The position numbers and the translations under genes are program-made. Below, one piece after another: positions 35,875-44,257 of a stretch of 64,000 bases of DNA. The stretch comes from an uncultured virus (IMG/VR IMGVR_UViG_2863298641_000001) (taxonomy: Duplodnaviria; Heunggongvirae; Uroviricota; Caudoviricetes). The stretch lies in the IMG/VR virus record IMGVR_UViG_2863298641_000001. One strand, 5' to 3'. Numbering within the stretch: the stretch's first letter is position 1; every line of letters starts with the position of its first letter. The notes under the pieces are model-generated. The model was not told where the DNA came from. It was given only the letters and a program-made list of their open reading frames with translations, and did no database searches.

Positions 35875-37932
35875 TCACAGCAGGGCGGTGAGCTTCGCGA
35901 GCTTGTAGCCCCGCGGGTTCTGCTCGTCACCGAGCCGGCCGAGCGTCTCCGGCGCCCCGGCCCCGGCCTCCTTGAGCCGAGTCTTCAGACCGTCGACGGT
36001 CCAGTGGTCGTAGGCGCCCTCGTAGTCCCGGAGGGCGAGCAGGAGCGCCTCAGTCTTCATCCGGTCGACGCCCCTCTTCTCCATGACAGCGACCGCGTCC
36101 TCGACCGTGACGCGAGCCGATCCCTCGGCCGCCGCCCCCTCGGCGGGGTCGGCGTCACACAGGCGGAGCAGCTGCTCCCAAGTAAGGAGTCGCGGCAGCG
36201 CCGTGCCCAGGTCCGGGAGATCGACGTCGGCCATGGCGCGCAGCGAGTCCTGGTCGGGCTCGACGAGTCCGGCGTCGCGGCGCTCCGCGGCCAGCTTGCG
36301 CAGCGTGTCGGACGGGGTCGGGTGGATGGCGTACTCGATGGGCTCGTCGGCCATGCCGGGCACGCCCTGCACGAAGACGTGGCCGGCGTCCTTGGGATCG
36401 GTGTCGGTGGCCGGGGACAGCTTGTGCGGCAGCCAGCCCTCGGCGACGGCGCCGTCTCCGAACACGGCTCGGGTGTCGCCGACCTTGCACGGCCCGACGG
36501 CCTTGAGGGCGATCATCTGGGCGATGTTCTCGCCGAGGTACAGCTTGGTGCCGCCCTGCGAGGCGATGATCAGCGTGACGGCTTCCTTGCGGCCGACGAG
36601 GAGGAGTTCGAAGGCGAGCCGCTTGGCCAGCTCGGAGCCCTTCGGGAACTCGTCGAAGATGACGGTGAAGTGCGGGTGCTCCTTGCTGATCTTCCACTTC
36701 TTGCCCATGCCGAGCTTGGCTCGCAGCCGGGCGCGGCCCTTGGACAGCATGAGGAAGAACAGCAGGACGTTCTCGATCTGCTGGTGGCTGCGCCCGGTGA
36801 CGCGGACGGCGTCGTAGAGGTCTTCGAGGCCGTCGCCGTGGGGATCGAGGTCGATGGTGATGTTGTCGTAGCAGGCGGTGGTGACTTCGCCGATGGCCTG
36901 CAACATGCCGGTCTTGCCACCGCCGGATGCGGCGACGACGAGGCCCATGACTCCGGCGAGCGCGGCCTCCAGCGGGTCGCCACCGACGGAGGTGCCGAGC
37001 CGGGACTTGTCGGTGATGCTGATGGACTTGGGTGCCCGGTAGGGCAGGCCGGGGGCCGTGGCGAACGGGTTGCCTTCGACGAGGCGAAGGATGGCGCAGG
37101 CTCGGCGCTCGACCATGGGCTGCGGCCGGACGCCGTTGGTGGGCAGGTCGAAGCGGGTCTCCAGTCCGCCGGCCTTGGCGATGATCGCCTCGGGGGTGTT
37201 CTCGCCGACGCGGACCTTGCACTGCCAGCCCCACGGCTGCCGCTCCATGTCCCACACCTCGACGACGGGCACGTTCTCGGCGACCATCGCCAGCAGCACG
37301 CACACCGCGGCCTGTTGCGGGGTCTCGGCCCGGCGGATCGGGACCGGCTTGGCGCCTTCGGGCAGGTCGGTGAGGGTGACGGAGCCGTGGCCGCGGATCG
37401 TGTCGTCGGCGGGCAGGCCAAGCACGGTGTCGGTGTCGGGCTGGCTGCGGTCGCGGCCGTGGAAGGCACCGAGACCCCAGGCGCCGAGCCCGGCTACCAG
37501 GTCGAGCCACAGGCTGCCGGTGACAGCGCCGAAGCCGACTCCCCCGGCGACCGCCCCGGCGACGCCGGCGGACTTGCCGGTGAAGGTGAGGCGGTGCCGC
37601 CGGTATTCGTCCCGCAGCTCGGCGCGGCGCTCCTTCAGCTTGGCCTCGCTGTGGACGTCGCCGACGGCGTCGCGGATGGCCCGGTCGGTGGAGGCGATCA
37701 GCTGCGGGTAGTCGTCGCGGAATCGGGTGAGCCAGCGGCGGCCGAGCTCCCGGTAACCGCGAAGCGTGTGCGGCAGCAGGGCCAGCTGGGCGACGCGGTT
37801 GGTGTGGCCGGCGACCTTGCGCACGGAGTCGAGCCGCTTCGGGCCGGCCGGTTCGTCCTTGAAGACGGGCGCATCGGCGACCGGCGGAACGAGGGTGAGC
37901 GTCGGGCGCTCCTCGGGCAGCGGGGTAGCCAT
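35875..37932 (-). CDS. traB: FtsK/SpoIIIE-family DNA translocase, Streptomyces TraB-like
   Basis: N-terminal TM pair, Walker A AASGGGKT, IDLDPHG, Walker B TVIFDEF, LLVGRKEAVTLIIASQ, C-terminal wHTH ending NPRGYKLAKL. Confidence 0.85.
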   Translation of the reverse strand: MATPLPEERPTLTLVPPVADAPVFKDEPAGPKRLDSVRKVAGHTNRVAQLALLPHTLRGYRELGRRWLTRFRDDYPQLIASTDRAIRDAVGDVHSEAKLKERRAELRDEYRRHRLTFTGKSAGVAGAVAGGVGFGAVTGSLWLDLVAGLGAWGLGAFHGRDRSQPDTDTVLGLPADDTIRGHGSVTLTDLPEGAKPVPIRRAETPQQAAVCVLLAMVAENVPVVEVWDMERQPWGWQCKVRVGENTPEAIIAKAGGLETRFDLPTNGVRPQPMVERRACAILRLVEGNPFATAPGLPYRAPKSISITDKSRLGTSVGGDPLEAALAGVMGLVVAASGGGKTGMLQAIGEVTTACYDNITIDLDPHGDGLEDLYDAVRVTGRSHQQIENVLLFFLMLSKGRARLRAKLGMGKKWKISKEHPHFTVIFDEFPKGSELAKRLAFELLLVGRKEAVTLIIASQGGTKLYLGENIAQMIALKAVGPCKVGDTRAVFGDGAVAEGWLPHKLSPATDTDPKDAGHVFVQGVPGMADEPIEYAIHPTPSDTLRKLAAERRDAGLVEPDQDSLRAMADVDLPDLGTALPRLLTWEQLLRLCDADPAEGAAAEGSARVTVEDAVAVMEKRGVDRMKTEALLLALRDYEGAYDHWTVDGLKTRLKEAGAGAPETLGRLGDEQNPRGYKLAKLTALL

Positions 37933-37940
37933 CACTTCTC

Positions 37941-39032
37941 CTAGTGAGCGTGGCCGTTGACGGCGACGTGCTTGCGGGCGGTGTCGGCTGCGGCGACCTT
38001 GGCGGCCTGGTGGTAGGGAGCGGTGTCGCCCTTACGCCTGACGGGCGGAACGGGCTTGAAGCGCGGGCCATTCTTCGGCGTCTTCTGCTGGCCGCTGGAC
38101 GGCCTCTCAGAGGTGGGGGGGATTTGGTTCGCCACCTGCGAAGATCCAGGCACGGACAGGAGCGCTGAGGGGGCCGGGTGAAGCCTTGTGAGGAGGCGCC
38201 CGCGGACGCTTATCGGGGCCCCATTCGCTTCGTCCATCGCTACGGAGAGCGAGCGGCGGGAGGCAACCTGCTGAGCGTGCAGAGCCGGGGTCATGCAGGG
38301 GGTGTCCGTGCCGTAGAAGATCTCCCACGCGGCGGCGAACGCCTTCTCGAAGTCGAGCGTGCCGTAGGGGGCGGCGGACACCAGCCGGCGGGCCAGCTTC
38401 ACCACGTCCTCGTGGTCCTTGCGGCGCTGCTTGGCGTGCTTCACTCGGGCCTTGGCCTCAGCCCGCCGCTTACGCTCCGCCGAGTCGAAGGTCAGCGTGG
38501 TCACCCACTGGCGGACCTCGAAGAACAACGGGCCGAGCAGGGACACCGCGGCCAGGCCGTAACCGACAGCCGGCGCGGTCTGCACGCCGTATCCGTAGTT
38601 GATCCAGGCGGCGTATCCGGCGGCAGACAGGCACATGGCGCGCAGCAGCCACCGCACCCAGGCGGGCAGCCCCTTCTCGTCGGCGTACATGACCCCGAAG
38701 GCCGCCACCCAGGCCGCGCCCTCAAGCGCGAAGGGGACGGTGATCAGCATCAGGGAGATGCCAGCGAAGTGCGCCACCTGCGCGGGCAGCGACGCCAGCA
38801 CGGAGGCAGTGACCAGGGCAACGGTGCCGCGCGAGTACAGGGCGCGGGCGGTGGTGTTCTTCGCCCAGGCCTGGGCGCGTTCCCGGCGGCGCTCACGCTT
38901 GTCGCGGCGCTTCTGCGCCTTAATCTCCCGCTCTTCCTCTCGGTCCATGCGGCGCTCGTCGCGGCGCAGCCTGGCGTCGAACACGCGGTCCTCTCGCCGC
39001 TGCTGGGCACGCTCATCGAACCAGCTGCTCAC
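37941..39032 (-). CDS. Spd-like (DUF2637-type) multi-TM membrane protein
   Basis: Charged N-terminal coil, four TM helices (PFALEGAAW...AAWINY.HG/YG), basic C-terminus, directly upstream of traB. Confidence 0.7.
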   Translation of the reverse strand: MSSWFDERAQQRREDRVFDARLRRDERRMDREEEREIKAQKRRDKRERRRERAQAWAKNTTARALYSRGTVALVTASVLASLPAQVAHFAGISLMLITVPFALEGAAWVAAFGVMYADEKGLPAWVRWLLRAMCLSAAGYAAWINYGYGVQTAPAVGYGLAAVSLLGPLFFEVRQWVTTLTFDSAERKRRAEAKARVKHAKQRRKDHEDVVKLARRLVSAAPYGTLDFEKAFAAAWEIFYGTDTPCMTPALHAQQVASRRSLSVAMDEANGAPISVRGRLLTRLHPAPSALLSVPGSSQVANQIPPTSERPSSGQQKTPKNGPRFKPVPPVRRKGDTAPYHQAAKVAAADTARKHVAVNGHAH

Positions 39033-39053
39033 GGTGATCGGTTCCTTCCTGCT

Positions 39054-39245
39054 CTAGCTGGCGGTGACGCGGGCGCGTCGGTAGGTGCGGGAGTCCTCGC
39101 CTTGGCGGGGGCCCGGCTCCGGGGTGATTCCGTGCCAGGTGGATCCGCCGGGTCCGGTGGACTGCCAGGCGCGGGTCGGCTTGGGGCCTCGGTTGTCGTC
39201 GGTGCGGGCGGCGCCGCCCTCGACTTGGTTGCGCCACTTGGCCAT
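39054..39245 (-). CDS. Small hypothetical protein
   Basis: TGATG coupling to the upstream gene. Confidence 0.6.
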   Translation of the reverse strand: MAKWRNQVEGGAARTDDNRGPKPTRAWQSTGPGGSTWHGITPEPGPRQGEDSRTYRRARVTAS

Positions 39246-39448
39246 CAGTCGGCCACCACCTGGGCGGGGGCGGGCCGGTTGCGGAGCCAGGCGATGACGC
39301 CGAGGCCGAGCCAGGCCGGGCCGGGGATCAGGCCGACGATCACGGCCAGGCCGGTGACAGCGGCGCCAATCGGGGCGGCGGCCGGCGGCCACAAGCCGAT
39401 CGCGACGAGGTAAAGCCCCAAGAGGGCGACGGCGATGATGCGGAGCAT
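39245..39448 (-). CDS. Small hydrophobic membrane protein (Spd-like)
   Basis: Almost entirely hydrophobic 67 aa in the tra operon. Confidence 0.7.
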   Translation of the reverse strand: MLRIIAVALLGLYLVAIGLWPPAAAPIGAAVTGLAVIVGLIPGPAWLGLGVIAWLRNRPAPAQVVAD

Positions 39449-39543
39449 GGCGACCTCACAGGTCAGATACGGGTGGGTTCCTGCGCCAGTTCTCCAGGGC
39501 CCGCGTGCGAGACGCGGGCCGAGGGCAGCCGGTCAGAGCGGAG

Positions 39544-39738
39544 TTAGGAGCGGCGCTTCAGCTCGTCGTTGATCTCCTTGAGCCTGTGCTGGTAGCTGGC
39601 CATGTTGGTGTCGGCGTACATGTGGGAGCTCGGCGGCCGGACGGCGTCGAACTTCTCCTCGGCCGCGATGGACTTCTTCACCGTCTCGGCTTCGGCGCGG
39701 AGTTCGGCGGTGGAGGTGCGGTTGCTGAACAGGCCCAT
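39544..39738 (-). CDS. Small hypothetical protein
   Basis: GAGGAG RBS. MGLFSNR...ELKRRS. Confidence 0.7.
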   Translation of the reverse strand: MGLFSNRTSTAELRAEAETVKKSIAAEEKFDAVRPPSSHMYADTNMASYQHRLKEINDELKRRS

Positions 39739-39820
39739 GAGGGCTCCTCTCGGTTGGGGTGGAAGCGCTGGCGCGGTTCCCCTCACCGCCCGCACAACGT
39801 CGGGCGGATCGGGCAGCCGG

Positions 39821-40009
39821 TCAGTCTGCGCAGTTCGGGCAGTTCGGGTCGTCGCAGAGTTCGATGCGCCCGCAGCCGATGGCCTGCGACACGCGGTTCG
39901 CTGCCCGGCTGCCTCGCTCGCCGGCCAGACTGCGGCCGACCTGCTGAAGGCGGCGGGCGGTCCGCTCCTGTGCGCTCATGGGCTCGTCATTGCGGTTGCG
40001 TCGGAACAT
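39821..40009 (-). CDS. Small Cys-rich hypothetical protein
   Basis: AAGGA RBS. C-terminal CDDPNCPNC. Confidence 0.7.
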   Translation of the reverse strand: MFRRNRNDEPMSAQERTARRLQQVGRSLAGERGSRAANRVSQAIGCGRIELCDDPNCPNCAD

Positions 40010-40084
40010 CGGGGGTCCTTCCTGGGCCGGGCCTGTCCCGGCTCCCCTCACCGCCGGTGCGGGACCGGCGGATCGGGCAGCCGG

Positions 40085-40249
40085 TCAGGCGGCGGCCGGG
40101 AGGTGCAGGCCGTCGAGCTCGTCGACGAGGCGGGGGCCGAGCGGGGTGACGGAGTCGACGGCGACCGCGTGGTCGCGGATCAGCCGGCGCTGCTCCGGGT
40201 CGGCGTCGATGTAGGCGGCGATCAGGCGGGCACGGTCCTGGATGGACAT
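40085..40249 (-). CDS. Small hypothetical protein (54 aa, absent from the ORF track)
   Basis: MSIQDRARLIAAYIDADPEQRRLIRDHA..., its stop codon lies within the repeat element. Confidence 0.6.
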   Translation of the reverse strand: MSIQDRARLIAAYIDADPEQRRLIRDHAVAVDSVTPLGPRLVDELDGLHLPAAA

Positions 40250-40295
40250 GGGGGATCACGGATCCTCTCGGGATCGAAGGGCTGGGGGTGGATGG

Positions 40296-40514
40296 TCAGG
40301 CGGTGGCGGAGGTGATGGAGGCGAGGACGTCGTCGACGTGGTCGGCGGGCAGCTGGCCCTGGTCGATGGCGGCGAGGGTCCGGAAGCCGGCGGCGATGCG
40401 CTCCAGCTGCCCGGCGAGGACGGTCGCGTCGGCCGGCGTACTGCCCGCTGCGGCCTCGTACCGGGCGGCGGCCTCGTGCAGCTGGCCGGCGGCGGCCTTC
40501 GTGACTCGGGACAT
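40296..40514 (-). CDS. Hypothetical protein
   Basis: GAGGAG RBS. Confidence 0.7.
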   Translation of the reverse strand: MSRVTKAAAGQLHEAAARYEAAAGSTPADATVLAGQLERIAAGFRTLAAIDQGQLPADHVDDVLASITSATA

Positions 40515-40687
40515 GACGGATCTCCTCGGCTGGTCAGGCTGGGATGGGAGGGGGTGCCGCGGCCGGCTGGCGGGGGATGGGTGAATGCCGGCCGCGGCGG
40601 TATGGGGGCCCTACTTGGGCAGGGGGTGCTCGCTGCGGCCATTGACCTCGGCGAGACGGCGATGCATCTCGGCGCGCCGCTCGGCGC

Positions 40688-40915
40688 TCACGACGCGTCC
40701 CGGACCGCGCGCAGGCGACGGACACCCGGCTCGGGTCGGGGCCGGGGCGCCGCCGCGGTGGCCGGGACGAACCAGTGCCCGAGACGCTGCCGGGTCACCG
40801 GGTCGATGACCGTCACCAGCACGGACGGCGACTCGCCGTCCCATGCGGGCAGGCCGGCCACGATCTCCTGCGCCGTCGCCTGCAACAACTGCAGACGCTC
40901 ACGCTCGCCGCTCAC
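40688..40915 (-). CDS. Hypothetical protein
   Basis: GTGA coupling. Confidence 0.6.
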   Translation of the reverse strand: MSGERERLQLLQATAQEIVAGLPAWDGESPSVLVTVIDPVTRQRLGHWFVPATAAAPRPRPEPGVRRLRAVRDAS

Positions 40916-41250
40916 GACTGCACCTCGTCGTCCATCGGCGGGTAGATCGAGGCGCGGATCGCACCGCGGACACCGTCGCGGTCGCCCTGCCGCCAGAACT
41001 TGGCGTACAGGCGGGTCACACCACCTGAGTCGGTCCGCTCCGGCATCACGTCGGCACCCAGGTACTGGGTCCACGCTGCGAACGCGGCCCGCTGTTCGTC
41101 AGGCGTCGACGTCAGCGAGTCGACGTCCCCGACCAGTGCGCCAGACACGGGGATCGACCAGGAGACGGCAGGAAGGTCGGCCTTCAGGAACTCACCGAGC
41201 GCCTGGTGGGCGGCCCGCTGCCAGCGGCGCATGTACTCCTGCGAGGCCAT
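40912..41250 (-). CDS. Hypothetical protein
   Basis: TGATG coupling. LPAVSWSI...RAAFAAW..YLG. Confidence 0.7.
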   Translation of the reverse strand: MASQEYMRRWQRAAHQALGEFLKADLPAVSWSIPVSGALVGDVDSLTSTPDEQRAAFAAWTQYLGADVMPERTDSGGVTRLYAKFWRQGDRDGVRGAIRASIYPPMDDEVQS

Positions 41251-41486
41251 CACGCCACCACCACGAGGTAGCTGTCGGAGGCCAGGTCCATGACGACCTC
41301 GGCGGCGACACCCTGGCGGCGCTGCTGCTGCGCGAACTCCTCCGCCGGCCAGCTGCCACGCGGGGCGCCGGCCGGGAACCGCTCCAGCACCTTGCGCTGC
41401 GGCTTGACCGGCTCGGCGGTGCGGACCGGGCCCTGCGCTGCGAGACGGGCCGCCTGTTCGGCCGGCGAGTACGTTGCGGTGCTCAT
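41250..41486 (-). CDS. Hypothetical protein
   Basis: ATGA coupling. FPAGAPRGSWPAEEFA...VVMDL. Confidence 0.7.
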   Translation of the reverse strand: MSTATYSPAEQAARLAAQGPVRTAEPVKPQRKVLERFPAGAPRGSWPAEEFAQQQRRQGVAAEVVMDLASDSYLVVVA

Positions 41487-41971
41487 GCGACGACCGCCTT
41501 CGCCTCGGCCGCCTCGTTGTGCAGGCGAGCGGTGCGGGCGTTCTCGTCGAGGGCATCGGCCAGCCTGCGCAGGTCGGCCGCCGCTGCCTCCGCCATGTCC
41601 GGCGTGAGGTAGGCGTCGACGGAGCCGGCGTCGCCGACGACGACGTGCGCGGCCCGCATCTGCGGGTCCGACGACATCGGGTCCGAGCCGACCGTCGCGC
41701 TCAGCGTGTAGACCGGCTTGTCGCCGTTGAAGAACGACCCGACCTCGACGGCGAACGCGTCGCCGGTGTGGTTGAGGTCCTCCAGGAAGTGGACCCACTC
41801 GCTGATGTGGTTCGTGCGGCACCAGTCCGGCTCCGACACGAAGACGATCTTCTGGTCGGGGCCGGGGGCGCCGAGCGCGACCGGGGCGAGGTGGTGGCCC
41901 GGCGCGACAGCCGGGATGGAGGTGGGGTGATTGGTGCGCACGGACGCACCGCTAAGCTGGTCTGCAGCCAT
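41483..41971 (-). CDS. First gene of the transfer operon (DUF6907-like, PxWC..H motif)
   Basis: GGGAG RBS. PDWCRTNH...H...LTPDMAEAAAADL. Confidence 0.65.
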   Translation of the reverse strand: MAADQLSGASVRTNHPTSIPAVAPGHHLAPVALGAPGPDQKIVFVSEPDWCRTNHISEWVHFLEDLNHTGDAFAVEVGSFFNGDKPVYTLSATVGSDPMSSDPQMRAAHVVVGDAGSVDAYLTPDMAEAAAADLRRLADALDENARTARLHNEAAEAKAVVA

Positions 41972-42105
41972 CAGGGTCTCCCTAGCAGGTACCTGATCGG
42001 TTAGGCCTCGGTCAGCGAGTGGAGTCGCTGCGCCGAGGCCGTCTTCGTTTGTGGGTGCCGGTGGAGCGGCAGTGATGCCTTCCGGGGGTGGAGCCCCGTC
42101 GGCTT

Positions 42106-42180
42106 CAAGAGACATCTTGGAGCGGCGCGAGCGACCCTGTCAAGGGGTCTCTTGTAGTGGCAGCATTTCGCCCCTACGCT
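42106..42180. promoter_or_regulatory. Divergent promoters with twin CAAG-N6-CTTG operators
   Basis: Minus strand: TTGACA (42138-43)-N18-CAAGAT (42114-19). Plus strand: TTGTAG (42152-57)-N17-TACGCT (42175-80). Dyads at 42106-42119 and 42141-42154. Confidence 0.7.
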
Positions 42181-42186
42181 AGGTGC

Positions 42187-42432
42187 ATGACAGAAGCGCT
42201 CACCTCCGCCATCGAGTCCGAGACGGGACGACTCGCACAGATTCCCGACGCCGTCGAGCGCTTCCATGCAGCCCGGAAGCTGCGCGAAATCCTGACCGCC
42301 GCAAACCGCCAGACCCAGGAGGTCGAGCGAGGCGCGGTCAGTGAACTCAAGGAAGGCCGACCCTGGCGTGTGGTCGGCGAGCTTCTTGGCGTGTCCGGCT
42401 CTCGGGCCGAGCAGATCGCCAAAGGGCGGTAA
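42187..42432 (+). CDS. Small HTH repressor (Kor/TraR-like role)
   Basis: GRPWRVVGELLGVSGSRAEQI HTH, leaderless, divergent from the tra operon. Confidence 0.8.
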   Translation: MTEALTSAIESETGRLAQIPDAVERFHAARKLREILTAANRQTQEVERGAVSELKEGRPWRVVGELLGVSGSRAEQIAKGR

Positions 42433-42529
42433 TCGGGTTCGGTCCATGGCTACAAGGTGACATCGCGGAGTCACCGGCCGCGACGACATCGCAGGCGACA
42501 TTCCGGCGACATCCCGCTACCGTGAGTGC

Positions 42530-43291
42530 ATGACCACCCCTAACTCCACGCTCCGGGCGGTTCGCATCTCCATGATGCTCAGTCAGGACGACTTCGCCAC
42601 CGCGCTCCGAGAGGCCGGCGCGCGCGCCGGATCCCCAATCGAACCCAGCAAGCGGCTCGTTCAGCGCTGGGAGTCCGGCGCCATCGCCGCCCCCAGCCCC
42701 CGCTACGCCCGCGCCCTTGAGGCCGTCACCGGCATGCCGATCGACACCCTCGGCTTTGCCTCCCCAGCCATGGCCCGGGTTGCCGAGGACGGCTCCGGCG
42801 GCCACGACGTCCACCCATCGACAGCTGGCGTAGCCGCGCCCGTCCCCGGCCCCACCCCGGCGGCCTCGCCGCGGGCCCACTACAGCGGCGTCTGGCTGTC
42901 GCGCTACGAGTACTTCTCCAGCGGCCGGGACTCCAGCTTCATCGGCATGCACTACGTCGTCGTGCTCCAGCACGGCAACCGGCTGACGGTCCGTTCGCTG
43001 CCGGAAGCGTCCTCGAACCCCGACTCGCCGCTGACGATGGACCTGACGGTCGACGGCAGCGTCATCACCGGCACTTGGGTGGAGCAGACCGCGACCGACG
43101 GCTACTACCGCGGGGCCCGGTACCACGGCGCCATCCAGATGCTGGTTGAGCCGACCGGCACCCGCATGGCCGGCAAGTGGGTCGGCTTCGGCAAGGAGAT
43201 GGACATCAACACGGGGCCGTGGGAGCTGCGCCTTGAGGACCCATCCACCAACCAGAAGACGATCGGTAAGTACAGCCGGAGGCCCGAGTGA
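42530..43291 (+). CDS. XRE HTH regulator with C-terminal beta-barrel domain
   Basis: LRAVR...SQDDFA...VQRWESG...P...ALEAVTG, then GVWLSRYEY...ITGTWVE...YHGAIQM...MAGKWVG...TGPWEL. Confidence 0.85.
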   Translation: MTTPNSTLRAVRISMMLSQDDFATALREAGARAGSPIEPSKRLVQRWESGAIAAPSPRYARALEAVTGMPIDTLGFASPAMARVAEDGSGGHDVHPSTAGVAAPVPGPTPAASPRAHYSGVWLSRYEYFSSGRDSSFIGMHYVVVLQHGNRLTVRSLPEASSNPDSPLTMDLTVDGSVITGTWVEQTATDGYYRGARYHGAIQMLVEPTGTRMAGKWVGFGKEMDINTGPWELRLEDPSTNQKTIGKYSRRPE

Positions 43292-43605
43292 CCCGGCGCC
43301 CGTACAAGAACATGCCGGACCAGGGCCGCACCAGCTTGTACCGCCTGCTCGACGCCGCAGGCCGACTCTTGTACATCGGCATCTCCTGCAAGCCTGAGAA
43401 GCGGTACGACTCGCACCGGTGGCACAAGCCGCACGCGTGGCGGCACGACATCGCCAGCTACACGAATGAGTGGTTCGACACCCGAGAGGAAGCCGAGGCC
43501 GCCGAGATCACGGCGATCCGCTCCGAGCTTCCGCTGTACAACCGAATGCATCACCCAGACTGCGATGACGAGCCCTGGAGCGGCTACCCGAAGTCAGCCG
43601 CATGA
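43288..43605 (+). CDS. GIY-YIG nuclease-domain protein
   Basis: SLYRLLDAAGRLLYIGIS..P..R...H...EAEAAEITAI..ELPLYN. Confidence 0.88.
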   Translation: MTRRPYKNMPDQGRTSLYRLLDAAGRLLYIGISCKPEKRYDSHRWHKPHAWRHDIASYTNEWFDTREEAEAAEITAIRSELPLYNRMHHPDCDDEPWSGYPKSAA

Positions 43606-43730
43606 TCCTTCGCCCCCAGCCTGCTGGCTGGGGGCGTTGTCGTGCGCCCCGCCATGCGCCCTTGTGGCTGTACTGCCCCGCCGTGACCGTGGTTTGCGGT
43701 TGCTGTTGTCCTCAACGCGAGGGGGATTGC

Positions 43731-43976
43731 ATGAGGCGGGGTTGGAACGATGCGACCGGCTGGCTGCTGCTCGGCCTGGCGGCGGTGCTGGAGCGGGTGA
43801 TCGCGAGTAAGACGGCGGTAGCCCAGTGGAAGCTGCGCCGGAACCAGGTCGTGCGGGCAGCACACCGGCGGGGTGTATCGGTGGAGGTGCTGGCGGCGAG
43901 GCTGGGGCTGACGCCGAGCTGGATCCGGAGCGTCATCCGGGACCCGCGGAAGGCCGCGCTTGAAGAGGCCGCCTGA
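43731..43976 (+). CDS. Small HTH protein
   Basis: AHRRGVSVEVLAARLGLTPSWIRSVI, GAGGGGG RBS. Confidence 0.7.
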   Translation: MRRGWNDATGWLLLGLAAVLERVIASKTAVAQWKLRRNQVVRAAHRRGVSVEVLAARLGLTPSWIRSVIRDPRKAALEEAA

Positions 43977-43989
43977 CCGGACATGCGTA

Positions 43990-44024
43990 AAGGGGCCCAC
44001 CGCCCGGATGGCGGTGGGCCCCTT
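43990..44024. terminator. Bidirectional terminator ending the early operon
   Basis: aaggggcccaccgcc-cggat-ggcggtgggcccctt, 15-bp arms between convergent genes. Confidence 0.85.
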
Positions 44025-44026
44025 CG

Positions 44027-44257
44027 TCATGCGGTGCGCTCGATGGCTAGGCAGTCGAGGTTGTCGGCTTCGAGGTCGATGGCTTCTGCGGCGCCGCGGA
44101 GGCTGCAGTCGGGGTCGTCGGCGAGGTTGCGGCAGGATTCGGCGATGGCGCGGAGGAGGGCGACGACGGCGTCGGCTCCGATGTAGGCGTGCCCGTCGGT
44201 GGCGGTGACGATGGGCAGCTGGCTGGTGGCGTGCTCGACGGGCTCGTCGTCGGTCAT
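44027..44257 (-). CDS. Hypothetical protein
   Basis: ATGA coupling. Confidence 0.65.
   Translation of the reverse strand: MTDDEPVEHATSQLPIVTATDGHAYIGADAVVALLRAIAESCRNLADDPDCSLRGAAEAIDLEADNLDCLAIERTA

Larger units (their letters stand above)
39484..40088 (-). repeat. Three copies of a conserved intergenic hairpin element (CTGACCGGCTGCCC...)
   Basis: GGGCAGCCGGTCAG at 39523-39536, 39811-39824 and 40075-40088, each followed on the minus strand by a variable hairpin. Confidence 0.85.

Noticed and set aside
39484..40088. Hammerhead ribozyme (CUGA start)
   Set aside because: Lacks the CUGANGA and GAAA core in the required arrangement.
33964..43976. Independent AICE inserted in the prophage
   Set aside because: No second integrase, excisionase or Rep gene and no flanking direct repeats were seen in the block. 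It looks domesticated, though this is not proven.
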